A stretch of 64,000 nucleotides of DNA. Origin: Rhizodiscina lignyota (taxonomy: Eukaryota). Shown here one piece after another: positions 48,845 to 60,626 of the stretch (position 1 is the stretch's first letter; each line of letters opens with the position of its first letter). Below the pieces are notes generated by a model that had not been told where the DNA came from, did no database searches, and saw nothing but the letters and a program-made list of their open reading frames with translations. The stretch covers positions 2,852,001-2,916,000 of the forward strand of contig ML978123.1 of assembly GCA_010015805.1 (NCBI GenBank), read 5' to 3'. Made by a program: the position numbers and the translations under genes.

Positions 48845-50520
48845 GGCCAGATGGTGGCCTGGTGGAGGGAGATGATTGGCATGAGAGGGTAGAAGAAAGG
48901 AGGGTGAGGAAAGTGGTTTTGTATATGATGCGGGCAGAGTGTGGGGATGGAGGTGGCGTGTAACTGTGGGGGAGCTGGCATGTGAAAATCGGAAGACCAC
49001 TATATCGTACGAGCGCCTTTGTAGCCAATAGGAATCTGCTCCTGATGCTTTAATGTGAGGACACCGGTCTACCAGACAGGCAATGCACTGCAATTTTAGC
49101 CTCAGCGGAAGCCATTTTCTTGCCTTGATCTTGCATCTTTTCGTTGGGTGCCTACAATTTAGCGCCAACGGAAGTCTTCGAGGCCTCTACTGGTGCCAAA
49201 ATTGCAGCGCGGTCTTACCTGCCTATTAAACTCTCATTTCTCCCTTCGACGGCGGGAAATCACGCACAGCATACTCTAAGCCACTCAAAAGAAGAAACTG
49301 CGGCATTTGAATCTCAGTTGAATTTCAGCGTACCAAATATCGTACTGACATCCAAAGTAATATCCGAGATCACATTTATGAATGCTATTCATTCTCCCCA
49401 ACTTACTGGAGGTATCAATTCAATATTCTCCATAACAGGCGTCATATTGCAGGCCTTCACCCCATTACATAGCCGGAAGGCATATCCAGACCATCAGTCG
49501 TGACTAGGCGTTATAGTATTAAACGCCCGGACCGGTCGCCGACGTGGGTCAGGTGAAGCGCTTCGCCTTTGAATGTTCTTTCTACTAGGCCCATTCCCGT
49601 AGACGCTGGGGTTGCTGCGTATAGGGTAGAGACATCTGATATTGACACAATCAAGAATTATCGAACGGATCTGCAATGGAAAACTTTGTATGACGGTAAG
49701 AGCGACCATTTTCGACGTCGTAAGGAAGTAGAAAGGTCGAATTCAAGGATCAAGATGGTCCCGGAATCGTACACTTCGACGCTGCAGCTGCAGGAAAGCT
49801 TCCGGCAAGTACGACGCTTTGTCAGGGCATTGGTCCAGAATATGCTGGCGCTGTAGAAGTCATACATCAACTGCACTACGTGGTAAGAGACAACTTATGT
49901 TGACCGTCGTATCACAGTGAACTGATAGTGCTCCAAAGAACCGCATTCGCAAGCTCTTTTATAATCAAATCCGAAACGACGACAATGAGAGTCCGGAATT
50001 ATTTAGAATACACATAGGTAGAAAGTTTCGAGCGCTCCCTGAGCCGTGTTCGCCGCTAAGGATCAAGGACAGAGCACTGTTTCGATACCATCGTTTCGTC
50101 ATCCTGTGTCATCGCGACGTTGGTATCACGTCGCGTGATTAGGATGGAAATCGAGTCGCCTATATGGGAAAATTCAATGTCGAGAAACGGTGTCGAAGTT
50201 TCGAGGCGTGTATTCGTAGGTGAAGGAGCGACTGTCGTTAAAGTTGCGGGACGAGGCTGACGATGAGCACGCGACGTCGAGTTCGGTACACTAGTCCAGA
50301 GTTAGATTACATGAAGATTTCATACTCCAAACTGGACATCATGAGAACAATTCAGAGATGAGAGAAGCGCATTCGACTCGATACGCGAAATTTGAGCTTC
50401 ACATGCAAATGATGACGAACATGCGACCAGGATGCGATAAAACAACAACCGCGATTTTCCCATTGCCCTTTGCCCATCTCTAACCCCGTTCACCACCTCC
50501 CCTTCTCCCCTTCGCCTCAA

Positions 50521-52552
50521 ATGTCCACCCTCCGCCGCCGCATCTTCGGAACCTCCGCAGATTCCACTCCTACTTCAAGTGGAACATCCACGCCCACACT
50601 CACCGCGCCCGAAGACTACAGTATCGTTCCGTCGAAACAACTCGAAAAGCTTACGAAGAAGTCAGAGCGGCCAAAGGGCAGGAAACGGCGCAATGCCTGG
50701 ATATTTGGGATGGGAGGGCTGTTCGGGGTTGCGGCGGCTGCGTTCTTTGCTGGCAACCAAGAACTGATTGATCTGAAGGCGCTGGCGGATGTGAACCTGG
50801 ACAGCATACTCGATGTTTTACCAGCGGGCTTGGTGAAGGATGCGCAGGATATGCAGGTTGGTCTTCTTTCCATTGCTAGCTTGAGTTGCGCTTCAATTGC
50901 TGAGAGGGTTGACCAGTGGCTTACTGTAAGCTTCTTTATTACAGAAACATGAACGCGATGCCATAAATTACGATTCTTTTTCGGTCGGGCTACATGCAAA
51001 GGCAGAGGGCGTCCAGGCGACGCATCCCGTTATAATGATACCCGGTGTCATATCCACAGGACTGGAGAGCTGGGGAACAGACGACCAGTCCAGACAATTC
51101 TTTAGGAAGAGATTATGGGGAAGTTGGAGCATGATGAGAGCACTACTCACGGACAAGGCATTGTGGAAGAAACACATCATGCTGGATAAGGATACTGGAC
51201 TCGATCCACCAGGCATCAAGTTGCGGGCAGCACAAGGCTTCGACGCAGCGGACTTCTTCATCACGGGTTACTGGATATGGAATAAGATCCTAGAGAACCT
51301 TGCAACAATCGGCTACGATCCACAAAATGCGTTTACAGCAGCCTATGACTGGCGGTTGGCGTACCAGCACTATGAAGTGCGAGACCAATATTTTACCCGA
51401 TTAAAGAATCATATCGAACTTGCCGCTCGAATCAGCAATAAAAAGGTTACTCTATTGTCTCACAGCATGGGCGGCCAAGTACTATACTACTTCCTCCATT
51501 GGGTAGAGGCAGAGGGTTATGGGAATGGCGGTCCTGGCTGGGTCGATGCATTTGTGGATTCGTGGATCAACATCTCTGGCTGCATGCTCGGCGCCTTGAA
51601 GGGACTTCCTGCCGTACTCTCTGGAGAGATGAGAGATACCGCTCAGCTAAACTCCTTTGCCGTGTATGGGCTGGAGAAATTCATGTCTCGCTCCGAACGA
51701 GCTGAGATTTTCAGGGCGATGCCTGGCATAGCAAGCATGCTCCCCATCGGCGGCGATATTATCTGGGGGAATTCTACCTGGGCCCCCGATGATAGACCTG
51801 GGCAGAACGTCACTTTTGGCAATTTCATCAGCTTCCGCGAGGCCAATTCTACTCACTCGCCAGGCAATCTGACAGTGGGCAATGCCCTGCCCTACCTCTT
51901 CAAGAACACCGATACTTGGTTCAAGGACATGACACAGCGCAGCTACTCTACGGGCGTGGCACACACCCGGAAAGTTGTTGAAGACAACCAACTCATCCCA
52001 GCCAAGTGGATTAATCCACTTGAGACCCGCTTACCGCTGGCGCCCCATCTGAAGATATACTGCTTTTATGGCCATGGAAAGCCAACAGAGCGTGCATACT
52101 TCTACCGCGAGGATCAGGATCCAACCAGCAATCTGAATGTCACAATCGATACTACGTTAACGGAAGGGGAGGTCGATCGTGGTGTTGTGATGGGCGAGGG
52201 AGATGGAACGGTGTCGCTCCTCTCTATGGGATACATGTGCAACAAAGGGTGGAAGATCAAGAGATACAATCCCGCTGGGGTACAGATCAAGGTCGTAGAG
52301 ATGGCCCACGAGCCTGATAGATTCAATCCTCGTGGCGGTCCGAACACGGGTACACTGCCTCGTCCCAAGAATCGTAGCTGGATAGCTGACCTCTGGCTAG
52401 GTGATCACGTCGATATACTGGGCAGATCATCCCTTAATGATCTTATCCTTAAAGTCGCTGGTGGGAGAGGCGAGCTGATTGAGGAGAGTATTCACTCGAA
52501 CATCCGAGAGTACTCAGATCGGATCCAACTGCATGATGAAAATGATCAGTAG
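50521..52552 (+). CDS. LRO1: Phospholipid:diacylglycerol acyltransferase (LCAT family), 3 exons
   Basis: N-terminal TM; PGVISTGLESW, FRKRLWGS, AAYDWRL, SHSMG nucleophile, GEGDGTV and DHVDILG. Introns at about 50857-50945 and 52350-52400. Confidence 0.96.
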
Positions 52553-53414
52553 CGTCCCCTTATCGTGGTCTTACGAGCTGGGTCGAGCACACGACGCGTC
52601 TCTCGGGACATCTCTATCACCGCTTTGAGCGGGGTTTAGCTTAAATGTATGAACTGATACCATAGAGGTTTTTGTGATAGCAATATCATCTCCGTCTATT
52701 TACGAAGCTCATTAACAATCATGCTAAAACCAACCTATATCATTCTCTTTCGAAGAATGACGGTGAACTCGGTGCCTAAATTGCTTGGGCTGTGCTTTGA
52801 TTCAGGATCATTGTGCTTCTTGTCAGTGCAATGACTCTTCCAAATGCGACCAGTCCGGTAATACAAGCAATCCTATAGGCTGCTTGTACGGTGCTTAATA
52901 ATGCAGTTGCGGCTCTATACGCTAGTACCACCCTGTGTGCATGGAGGAGACCATTTCCCCCACTTGGCTCTCCACTACATCCCTTTCTGATGGCCCGGTC
53001 GGTGCAGTTATTCATCCGCTGAAAGGTGAGAATAATTGTCTGAGTCGAGTATCAAACACCGTTAGGGTTTACCCTTCACCGACCTGAAACACCAACACGT
53101 TGATAATTAATAATCAATCGTAAGTGACGCTTTGGAATGCACGCGTTAAGACGCGTTAGCGTGAGAAAAGCTTGTCAGGAAACCGAATACAAAAGTCTTC
53201 GGCGTTCCCTCTTTCGTCATCTCCAGGCTCGCCTGCTTCAATTCAGTTCAGCTTCAAACTCAAGTGCAATTGCCAGTCTCAGTCGTCAACAGCCAATCAG
53301 CTTCAATCTCACTCTGTCACCTGTCCTTTCCGCCAATAGGTTATTGGTCTGTTGTCTACTAAACAACTACATCCTCCAATCCAATTGATCACCGTCCATC
53401 CAAAACTCTCCAAA

Positions 53415-53930
53415 ATGCCTCTCACACTCTACGACATTTCGGTTCCGGTGTTCACGCGCATGCTCCGCCAACTCTCCCACATCCTCAAGGTGGGCGAAGA
53501 CTGGGCCAAGGAGAAAGGCATCCCGGAATCGCAGGTCATGTCCGTCAGGCTCTACGAAGACATGCAACCGCTAGCCTACCAAGTCCAGCGCGTCTCCGAC
53601 ACCATGAAGTTCGCCGCGGTGCGTGTTGGCGGCGTCGAGGCGCCATCATTCCAGGACACCGAGACCACGTGGGCGGAGCTACACGACCGCATCAAGGCGA
53701 CGATGGAGTTTCTCGAAAGTGTCCCCAAGGACGCGATTGCAGGCAAGGAGGACGCAGAGGTGATTCAGCGCACGCCGACCGGAGCTGAGAGGAAGTACAC
53801 TGGCAGCTCGTATCTGTTGGTGTTTGCGATCCCGAATGCGGCGTTTCATGTTAGTATTGCGTACGCTCTGCTGAGGCATCAGGGTGTGCCAGTTGGCAAG
53901 ATGGATTACTTGGGGTCGCTGCCTCAGTAA
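53415..53930 (+). CDS. DUF1993 (DinB-superfamily) protein, intronless
   Basis: MPLTLYDISVPVFTRML...RLYEDMQPLAYQVQ...FAIPNAAFHVSIAYALLRHQGVPVGKMDYLG. Confidence 0.9.
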   Translation: MPLTLYDISVPVFTRMLRQLSHILKVGEDWAKEKGIPESQVMSVRLYEDMQPLAYQVQRVSDTMKFAAVRVGGVEAPSFQDTETTWAELHDRIKATMEFLESVPKDAIAGKEDAEVIQRTPTGAERKYTGSSYLLVFAIPNAAFHVSIAYALLRHQGVPVGKMDYLGSLPQ

Positions 53931-54660
53931 ATCGCCGTTCGTGGATTTAGCCGCGTCTCTGCGCTCAAGCACAGGGTTGGCTGAAGAGGAGAAGGCTGAA
54001 GGAGAGAGCGGAAAACTGAGCTGAGTACGTCTACATGCGACATGCTAGATACCATACATCCATTACTGCTTCAGGAAATAAAATGATGAAAGCTTGATCC
54101 CACTTTTCATACCATGCGCAGCTGAAGAATGGGTGATTAGGAATCTATGATATGCACAGTTGAAACGAAAAGCTCGCACACCGATGGACGAGCATTTACA
54201 CGGCCTGAGCTTCATTACGGCCCCAAGGTAGAGCAGAACGTTCGTAGAAGCGGTATTCAATGTGAGTGTGTTCCATTTCTCCTGACATGTCTACTTCGGC
54301 CACTGCTTCACCTCTATGCTCCGTCCGTCTACTTACGATTGACTCTTGAAGTAGCTCGTCAAAACTCCTCCTACTGGAAATTCGGATTATGAATATGAAT
54401 ATGGTCTATTTAAAAAGGTGCCTTCCCTCCACATGACTTCCTAATCGTGATTGATGGCCAATGAGACGTCTTCCGGTGTTGTGCTGTAGACTATATAATA
54501 AAAATAAGACCTAGCCAATGCCTTCAGGGTTTTGGGTAATCTTTGTGGCGCTGTAGTTCCATTTAGAACAGTTACGTGTTAATCCCTTACAGTGCGTTCG
54601 AGCCGCAGTTCGCCAACGTGTTAATCACCATCCTCTTTGATGCCCTAGGCTCCCCTGCAT

Positions 54661-56359
54661 CTACAGAACAAACCGGTACTCCGGTCCATAGTTCTCCACT
54701 CCTTCGGCGTTCGTAAACTTCGGATCATCACTGGCCTGCTCTCTGCGCATCCTCTGCTCCTCCAAAGTGCCGTACTGCGCGTCGAGCTTCTTGTTCTCCC
54801 ACACAAGTAGCGTTCGCAGTGTTAGCGCAAGAACGCACGTGAAACCCATGAATGCAGCGCACACACTCTGGCCCTTGACATAAAATGGGGCTTCGGCAGC
54901 CGGATACAAGCGCGTACCCAGGAGAGGACCACACTGGCCGATGAAGTTGAGGAGGAAGATGCCGACGCCGCGGCGGGTGTCGGAGCCTTGGTTGTCTGCG
55001 AAGGGAGTATTAACATGAGAATCTACATCGACCAAGGACCAAAAACAGAATGAACGTACTCATGACCCATGGCATGATGTTCGCAATAGCTGGGAAGATA
55101 CCAGCTGCGGCAAGGAAGCAACCAGCGTAGCGGCTTCCGACACCTTTAGTGGCAGCAAGAAGGATGTAGCCCAGACAGCCGACAGCTGTAAGGGCCATGA
55201 TGACGAGGCCTCGCTGCTGCCACTTGTCGGCGAGGTATGTCGAGGCGATAGTGATGAGGAAAGAGAGGAAGAAAGGTGGTGCTGTCAAGCCCTGGGCGTT
55301 GATGGCAGTGAAGCCCATCTGATTTAGGATGGTCGGAAGAAACACTGGGAGGGACGAGAACGAAACGTTGCATGAGAAGTACATGAGCTACAGTGCAGAC
55401 GTTAGCAAGATACTCAGCTACGGCAGGACTTGATATACGCTTACAGCAGTGAGCCAGTTCTTGACATCGATGAGAGCCAAGCCGACCTCCTTCCAGTTCA
55501 GGCTACCAGTACGCTTCTCATGGCCGGCCTGCCTGACACCGCGTAGCTTTGCGATGCGCTTTTCATCCTCGTTGAGAAAGCGAGCCTTCTCCGGGCTGTC
55601 TGGGAGGAAGAAGAATGTCACCACGGCCATTGCTACGGTCGGGAGACCTTCAACCAAGAACAGCACCCTCCAGTTCGCAATCGCAGCGTGGCCAGAGGTG
55701 ATGCCGAATGCAAGCGCACCAGCGAATGTATTGGCCAGAGCAGAAGCGGACAGGTACATGCCGCAGCGCAGACCCAATTCGTGACGGAGGTAGAAGAATG
55801 ACAAGAGGTAAGGGACTCCAGGGCCAAAGCCCGCTTCAGTCCAGCCCATGAGGAAGCGCAGAGCCATCATACCACCCCAGTTTTGTGTGGCTGCTTGCGC
55901 CGCTGAGACGATGCCCCAGCCGAGCACGACAAATGCTGCCCACATGTGAGGTGGGACGAGTTTCCACATCATGGACTGGAACTCAAACTGTGGTCATCGT
56001 TAGCATTCCCAGTATGCATTAGCCAAAGCCTTCGTACCAGGATGTATGGAATGTAGAAGATTGTCAACAGCCAAGTGTATTGATCATCATTGATGTTCAA
56101 ATCCTTATTCATTCCAGCAACCTTTGCGTTACCAATGTTCGAGCGGTCGAGGAAGGCAAGTAAATCTGGGAGTCGTTAGAGAGAGATGCTTTCAGAGATG
56201 CTAGTTCCGGACGGCCATACACAAGCTTGCAACGAGTATCGTGACATGAGTATCAAGTTTCCTGACCACTCGCTTCTCCACCATGGGATCGATGTAGTTT
56301 GTAGTTGTTGGAGCGGCCTCCAGCTGGAGGGTCTCCGTCTGCTTCTCCTCTTGTGCCAT
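54661..56359 (-). CDS. MFS transporter, ACS (Tna1/Dal5-like) family, 5 exons
   Basis: EKRVVRKLD...|YLLAFLDRSNIGNAKVAGM, LRFLMGWTEAGFGPG, WRVLFLVEGLPT, LPDSPEKARFL and FRFVL-like C-terminus YRFVL*. Confidence 0.93.
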
Positions 56360-57365
56360 GGCGCTGTGCATCTTCGATGTCCTCGTGATAATCGTACTCG
56401 GTGATAAGCCTAGAGATACTGCACTTCTAACAAAGAAAACTATCAAGGAAGAGTGTAGATTTAACGAGGAAATTCAGAGAAAGTATGACATGAGAGAAAA
56501 AACTGGATTCCCCGGGCTGAAAGAAATTAAAGAAGCAGATCTCTTCCCCAGACAGAACCTCCTCATATATACTTACTGTGAGCTGAAGGAGACCGTTCTA
56601 CCCCGTGGAGACTCCAGGCGCGAGAATCGGCGGGAAGCACGTGCAATGGAAAGGAGGCAGCTGTTCTGGGGTGAGAGCGATGGGCACCGAAGTCGGCCGG
56701 CCTTGTATGCCTGCGAGACCGTTCGTCCGAAGAGTGTGCAGTGGTACCCTCCTTGTTGGCTGAGTGGCGTTTGACAGATCCGACAAGACCTCAATTCTAC
56801 ACTTGATAAGGGTCAAGGCATGATATGGCCATGTTCTGGACGTTTGTATCCGGGGTATGGCTGTACGGAAGCTGTCGTGTCGCAGCAGCTCGACTTGACA
56901 CCCTTGGAATTACGGACGGGACACCATTAATGCAACTGATGGCTCAGTCACGGAATAATGGCTCGTAGAGACTTTTAAATGCTCAGAGTATAGCTCTTTA
57001 ACAACTGCAGGAATCTGGCCCTCTGCCGAATGATTCCAGTCAAGAATTCGCATACATTGCGACTAGGGGCGCTGCTAGGACACAAAATCGCAGCATCTAG
57101 ATAATCCCGATCCAGGCTGATGTACTTGTGTCTGAATCGTGTGACCTGGTTGTCTCATCGATATACCAAATGCTGACCCTAAGAAATTCCAAGCATGGAC
57201 AGAAGTGATGAAAGGGAGGGCGAAGCTTCGTCTCAAAGGCGTCGACAGGCTTGGCGAGCGACCTCGGTGCTTCTCATCTGGCCTTGGCACCTCCCTATCG
57301 AGCTGCTAAACATATTTCAGTCCTATCTCGCTATCCTCCTATATTTTCTTTGATCTATGCCCATA

Positions 57366-57703
57366 ACCTATGACATCGGAGTGTCTGGACGAATGAATCC
57401 CACGGAACAACTGTGCTCCATACGTGCACTCCACTTCAGTCCTTTCTCGCGAATCCGAGATGTGACGCTAATCAAAATGTGGTAGGAACGTGAGAGCCAG
57501 TAAGAACGTCCAGCACACCATCACCCACATGTCTTCTCGGTTTTCCGTGGACAATTCTAGAGGAATTTTGAGCTCGAATGATTCAATACAGCAGAAACAT
57601 CAGGATCTGCTGAACCCTGCATTCGTGTTCCGTGATACATCACCTATGATATCAGAGCGCTTGGACGAATGAATCCTACGGAACAACTATCTCCATTACA
57701 TGC
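57366..57703 (+). repeat. Diverged ~60-bp direct repeat (57366-57428 and 57642-57703)
   Basis: acctatgacatcggagtgtctggacgaatgaatcccacggaacaactgtgctcca versus acctatgatatcagagcgcttggacgaatgaatcctacggaacaactatctcca. Confidence 0.85.
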
Positions 57704-58166
57704 GGTTCACATGGGGGGATGCCGGTCGAATTCCAGGAGTCGTTCCTCATGCCATGGTTTTGGGATCAAACTTCTACTGTTCACATCTAGTTCTCCGCTT
57801 CTACCCACTTGTGCCTGATCCCTCGTTCATAACTTCTCGCATATTACTCCGGAGCCCATCGGCGTCCATAGCAGTAGGTCTCTCCCATCTCGTTATGCCC
57901 ATCTTTCAGGGCTTGCACGAAGGCTCTACAGAGCACCAGGGCAAAGCTAAGATCGCATGAAATGATAGGACAATTCATGCTGGCCCGAAGGGACTTCTAG
58001 TACATAGTAAACAACACGCATTCGCTCTTAAATAAGTTCATACAAGAAAAGTCTTTAATTATACAGATATATTAGGATCTCAAGATCTTCGCTAAGCTAC
58101 AATTCTCAGTAAACTTCAGTATCGCACAAGTCTAGAGTCACTGATATCGCTTCGAACTCTCTCTCT

Positions 58167-59654
58167 TCACATTCTCCGCCAGTGATGCTGGCCAATCTCT
58201 CCTGCTTTGTTCTTTCCCGTAACGTTCTTAAACACACCGTCTAGCCAATCCATCGTCACCATTGCCAATTGGCTCTCCGCTCCAAGCTGGCAGTGCTCTC
58301 CGGCGCCCAGATCTGTTTCGAAGAAATGGTATGTCGGGGTTTTACCCACACTCTCGGCCAGCTTCCTCATGAGCTCTGGCTGATCGTCTGTGCTCGCATC
58401 GTCCTGTCCCTTTCCAATGAAGATCGGGACGTTAATCGGCTCAATAATGTCCTTGGTCAGATTGATGGTCTTCAGCCCTGTCCACCACTCGAACGCCGAG
58501 GTGGTGTTGAACGCGAACTCGCCCTGGTCGATGATCCAGCGCGTCTGCGCTGGCAGGGAGGAGTTCGTCTGCAGACTTTTCATGACAACGTCGAATGCGG
58601 TCTTATTGCCCGAGTCGAACAACCCGGCAATCTGTGGGCCGAAGGCTGCATACAGCACGTCGAACAGACTGTCGAGACCATCGACAGAGAGGACGGCAGC
58701 GAAGCGGTGCTCCCTCGATGCAGCACGTGGTGCGAGTGTGCCCCCAAAAGAAATGCCTTCCAGAGCGAGTCGGTCCATGTCCACATCTCCGCGAGTCGCC
58801 AGCCAGTCGACAACTGGGGTGACCACGTCCCACCTAAGCCAATTAGTATACCCCAGGACCAAATACAGGCACGGACACTTACCAATCGGGTCTGAATCCA
58901 ATGTTCTGTTGCCTACGGACGGTGGGTTGACCAGGTCCCTCGTAGCTGACAAAGTTCCATCCACGTTCCAGGATCTTTGTGCCGATCTGATGATACATTT
59001 CTTCCTGGGAGCCGTCGTAACCGCTGCATGCGAGGACTGTGGGTGTCTTTTCGTTGCAGTCCTTAGCCTTGTAGAAGATGACGGGGACGGTGAAGCCGTG
59101 TCCGGAGGTGATGTTAAACCTCACACCGGGAATGTCCATGAGCGAGAGGGCACTGTCGAAGTCTGCCAGGGCCGAGTCCCACAGCGAGTAGATGCGTGGA
59201 TCGGTAATGTTGCCGTGCAAGAAGAAGTCGGCAGCGCGGTAGTATGTGGAAGAGCGGAAGAAGGCGTCACGGGCGGAGACCTTGAAGCCTCCCTTCAGTG
59301 CGCTGACTGCTTGGGAGTGGATTTTCTCGGCGAAGAAGAAGAATGCGCTGTAGAACGATTCGAAGGAACCTGGGATGATGCGTGTCGCAGCTCGCAAGAC
59401 CTCTCCAGTGTTGGCACCGCCGCCATTGGAGAGGGCCAGCATCTCCTCAAGGACGAAGGCGAATTCGGTGTCTTTGTTCAATGGGAAGATTGGTGGATAT
59501 GTGGAATTGTCTACATTTTGTGGGACAGTTTGGGAGAGCTAGAAGTTGGAGATTAGCGAGCTATGACTGACGATATGGGGCCGATTCGAGATCTCAGACA
59601 TACAGCAGTGGTGAGCAGAGCGCCCAGCGGAAGCAAGTACTTTGAGAATATCAT
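58167..59654 (-). CDS. Secreted alpha/beta hydrolase (2,6-dihydroxypseudooxynicotine hydrolase / FrsA-like), 3 exons
   Basis: Spliced signal peptide MIFSKYLLPLGALLTTA|LSQT; GANTGEVL, FFRSSTYYRAADFFLH, SGYDGSQEE, YEGPGQ, GISFGG nucleophile elbow and GAGEHCQLG. Confidence 0.9.
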
Positions 59655-60626
59655 TTTGCTTGGTACTGTACGAAACTGAACGAGATGAAACGCCTTGTCG
59701 CTTGCTGCTTGTCGACGAGTACCAGATACTCAATTGAGAGCAACAAGGCTTAATTATATATACCTCTCTTCAGCTTTTAAAACAGGAAACAAACCAAATG
59801 GCTCCATTGTTCCGTCATTGCACGGGAGCCACAGTCCGTTGCATTGTGCCTGCATTTCTCGCTGGGGTAGCTACAAAGAGCTCCACCTTGCGGCGCAAGT
59901 ACGAGAGTTGCCACTTCACTATGCACAGCAGTGGTCGAGCAGAGCCTGAGGAGGATCTTAACCTGGTTTAGTTGTAGATGTCATAATTTCCCTCTGCCTC
60001 GGGAGAATCCCTAGATCCTTTGGCGACGGGTCCAATGGAGGCTGGCGGAGGCAGTGCCACGGATCACTCCGAGGTCTCTCAAGCATTTCTAAGTGCGGAA
60101 ATGGCTTAATGGCGCATCCGGTGGGCCATGCTGTCGTTGGCTTGGTAATGGAGCTTCAGAAAGCTTGTGCAAGCTTTTCACTCCTTCAATTGACGATCGC
60201 CAACCGTTACGAACAGGTGCACCGCATGTTGACGCAGGTGAGGCGTTGGTGGCTGGCGCTCGGAAGTGAAAGGCAGTGGGTTCAGGGTTGTCTTTTCGGA
60301 GGAAGCGAAGTTCCCGAGAACGACAACGACAACGCGATGCGATGCATGGACCCCAAATCGACGCAAAAAGGGCACACGTGACCCGTAAATCGCAGCCCTA
60401 TTAGCTAGCGCGATCCTGCAGCTGGGGGAAGGAAATTGAAGTTGGGGAAAGCAGAGCAGAAAGAGAAGGGGACGTGGGTGCATGCTCAGAACTTGGTTTA
60501 ATTTTACAATCACTGCTATGCAATTACCACCAGCAGGCCATCAAGAACACCCTGCTCGATGCAAAACACAATGTCCGGGAGAAATTAGATCCTCCTGTAT
60601 CCCTTTCATATACGCATTTCGGCCAT

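Noticed and set aside
49569..49856. 95-aa ORF between MAK3 and LRO1
   Set aside because: TTG start and no recognisable motif; possibly a relic, but unsupported.
58390..59556. 388-aa plus-strand ORF
   Set aside because: Antisense to the alpha/beta hydrolase, with no recognisable motifs; best explained as a codon-bias shadow.
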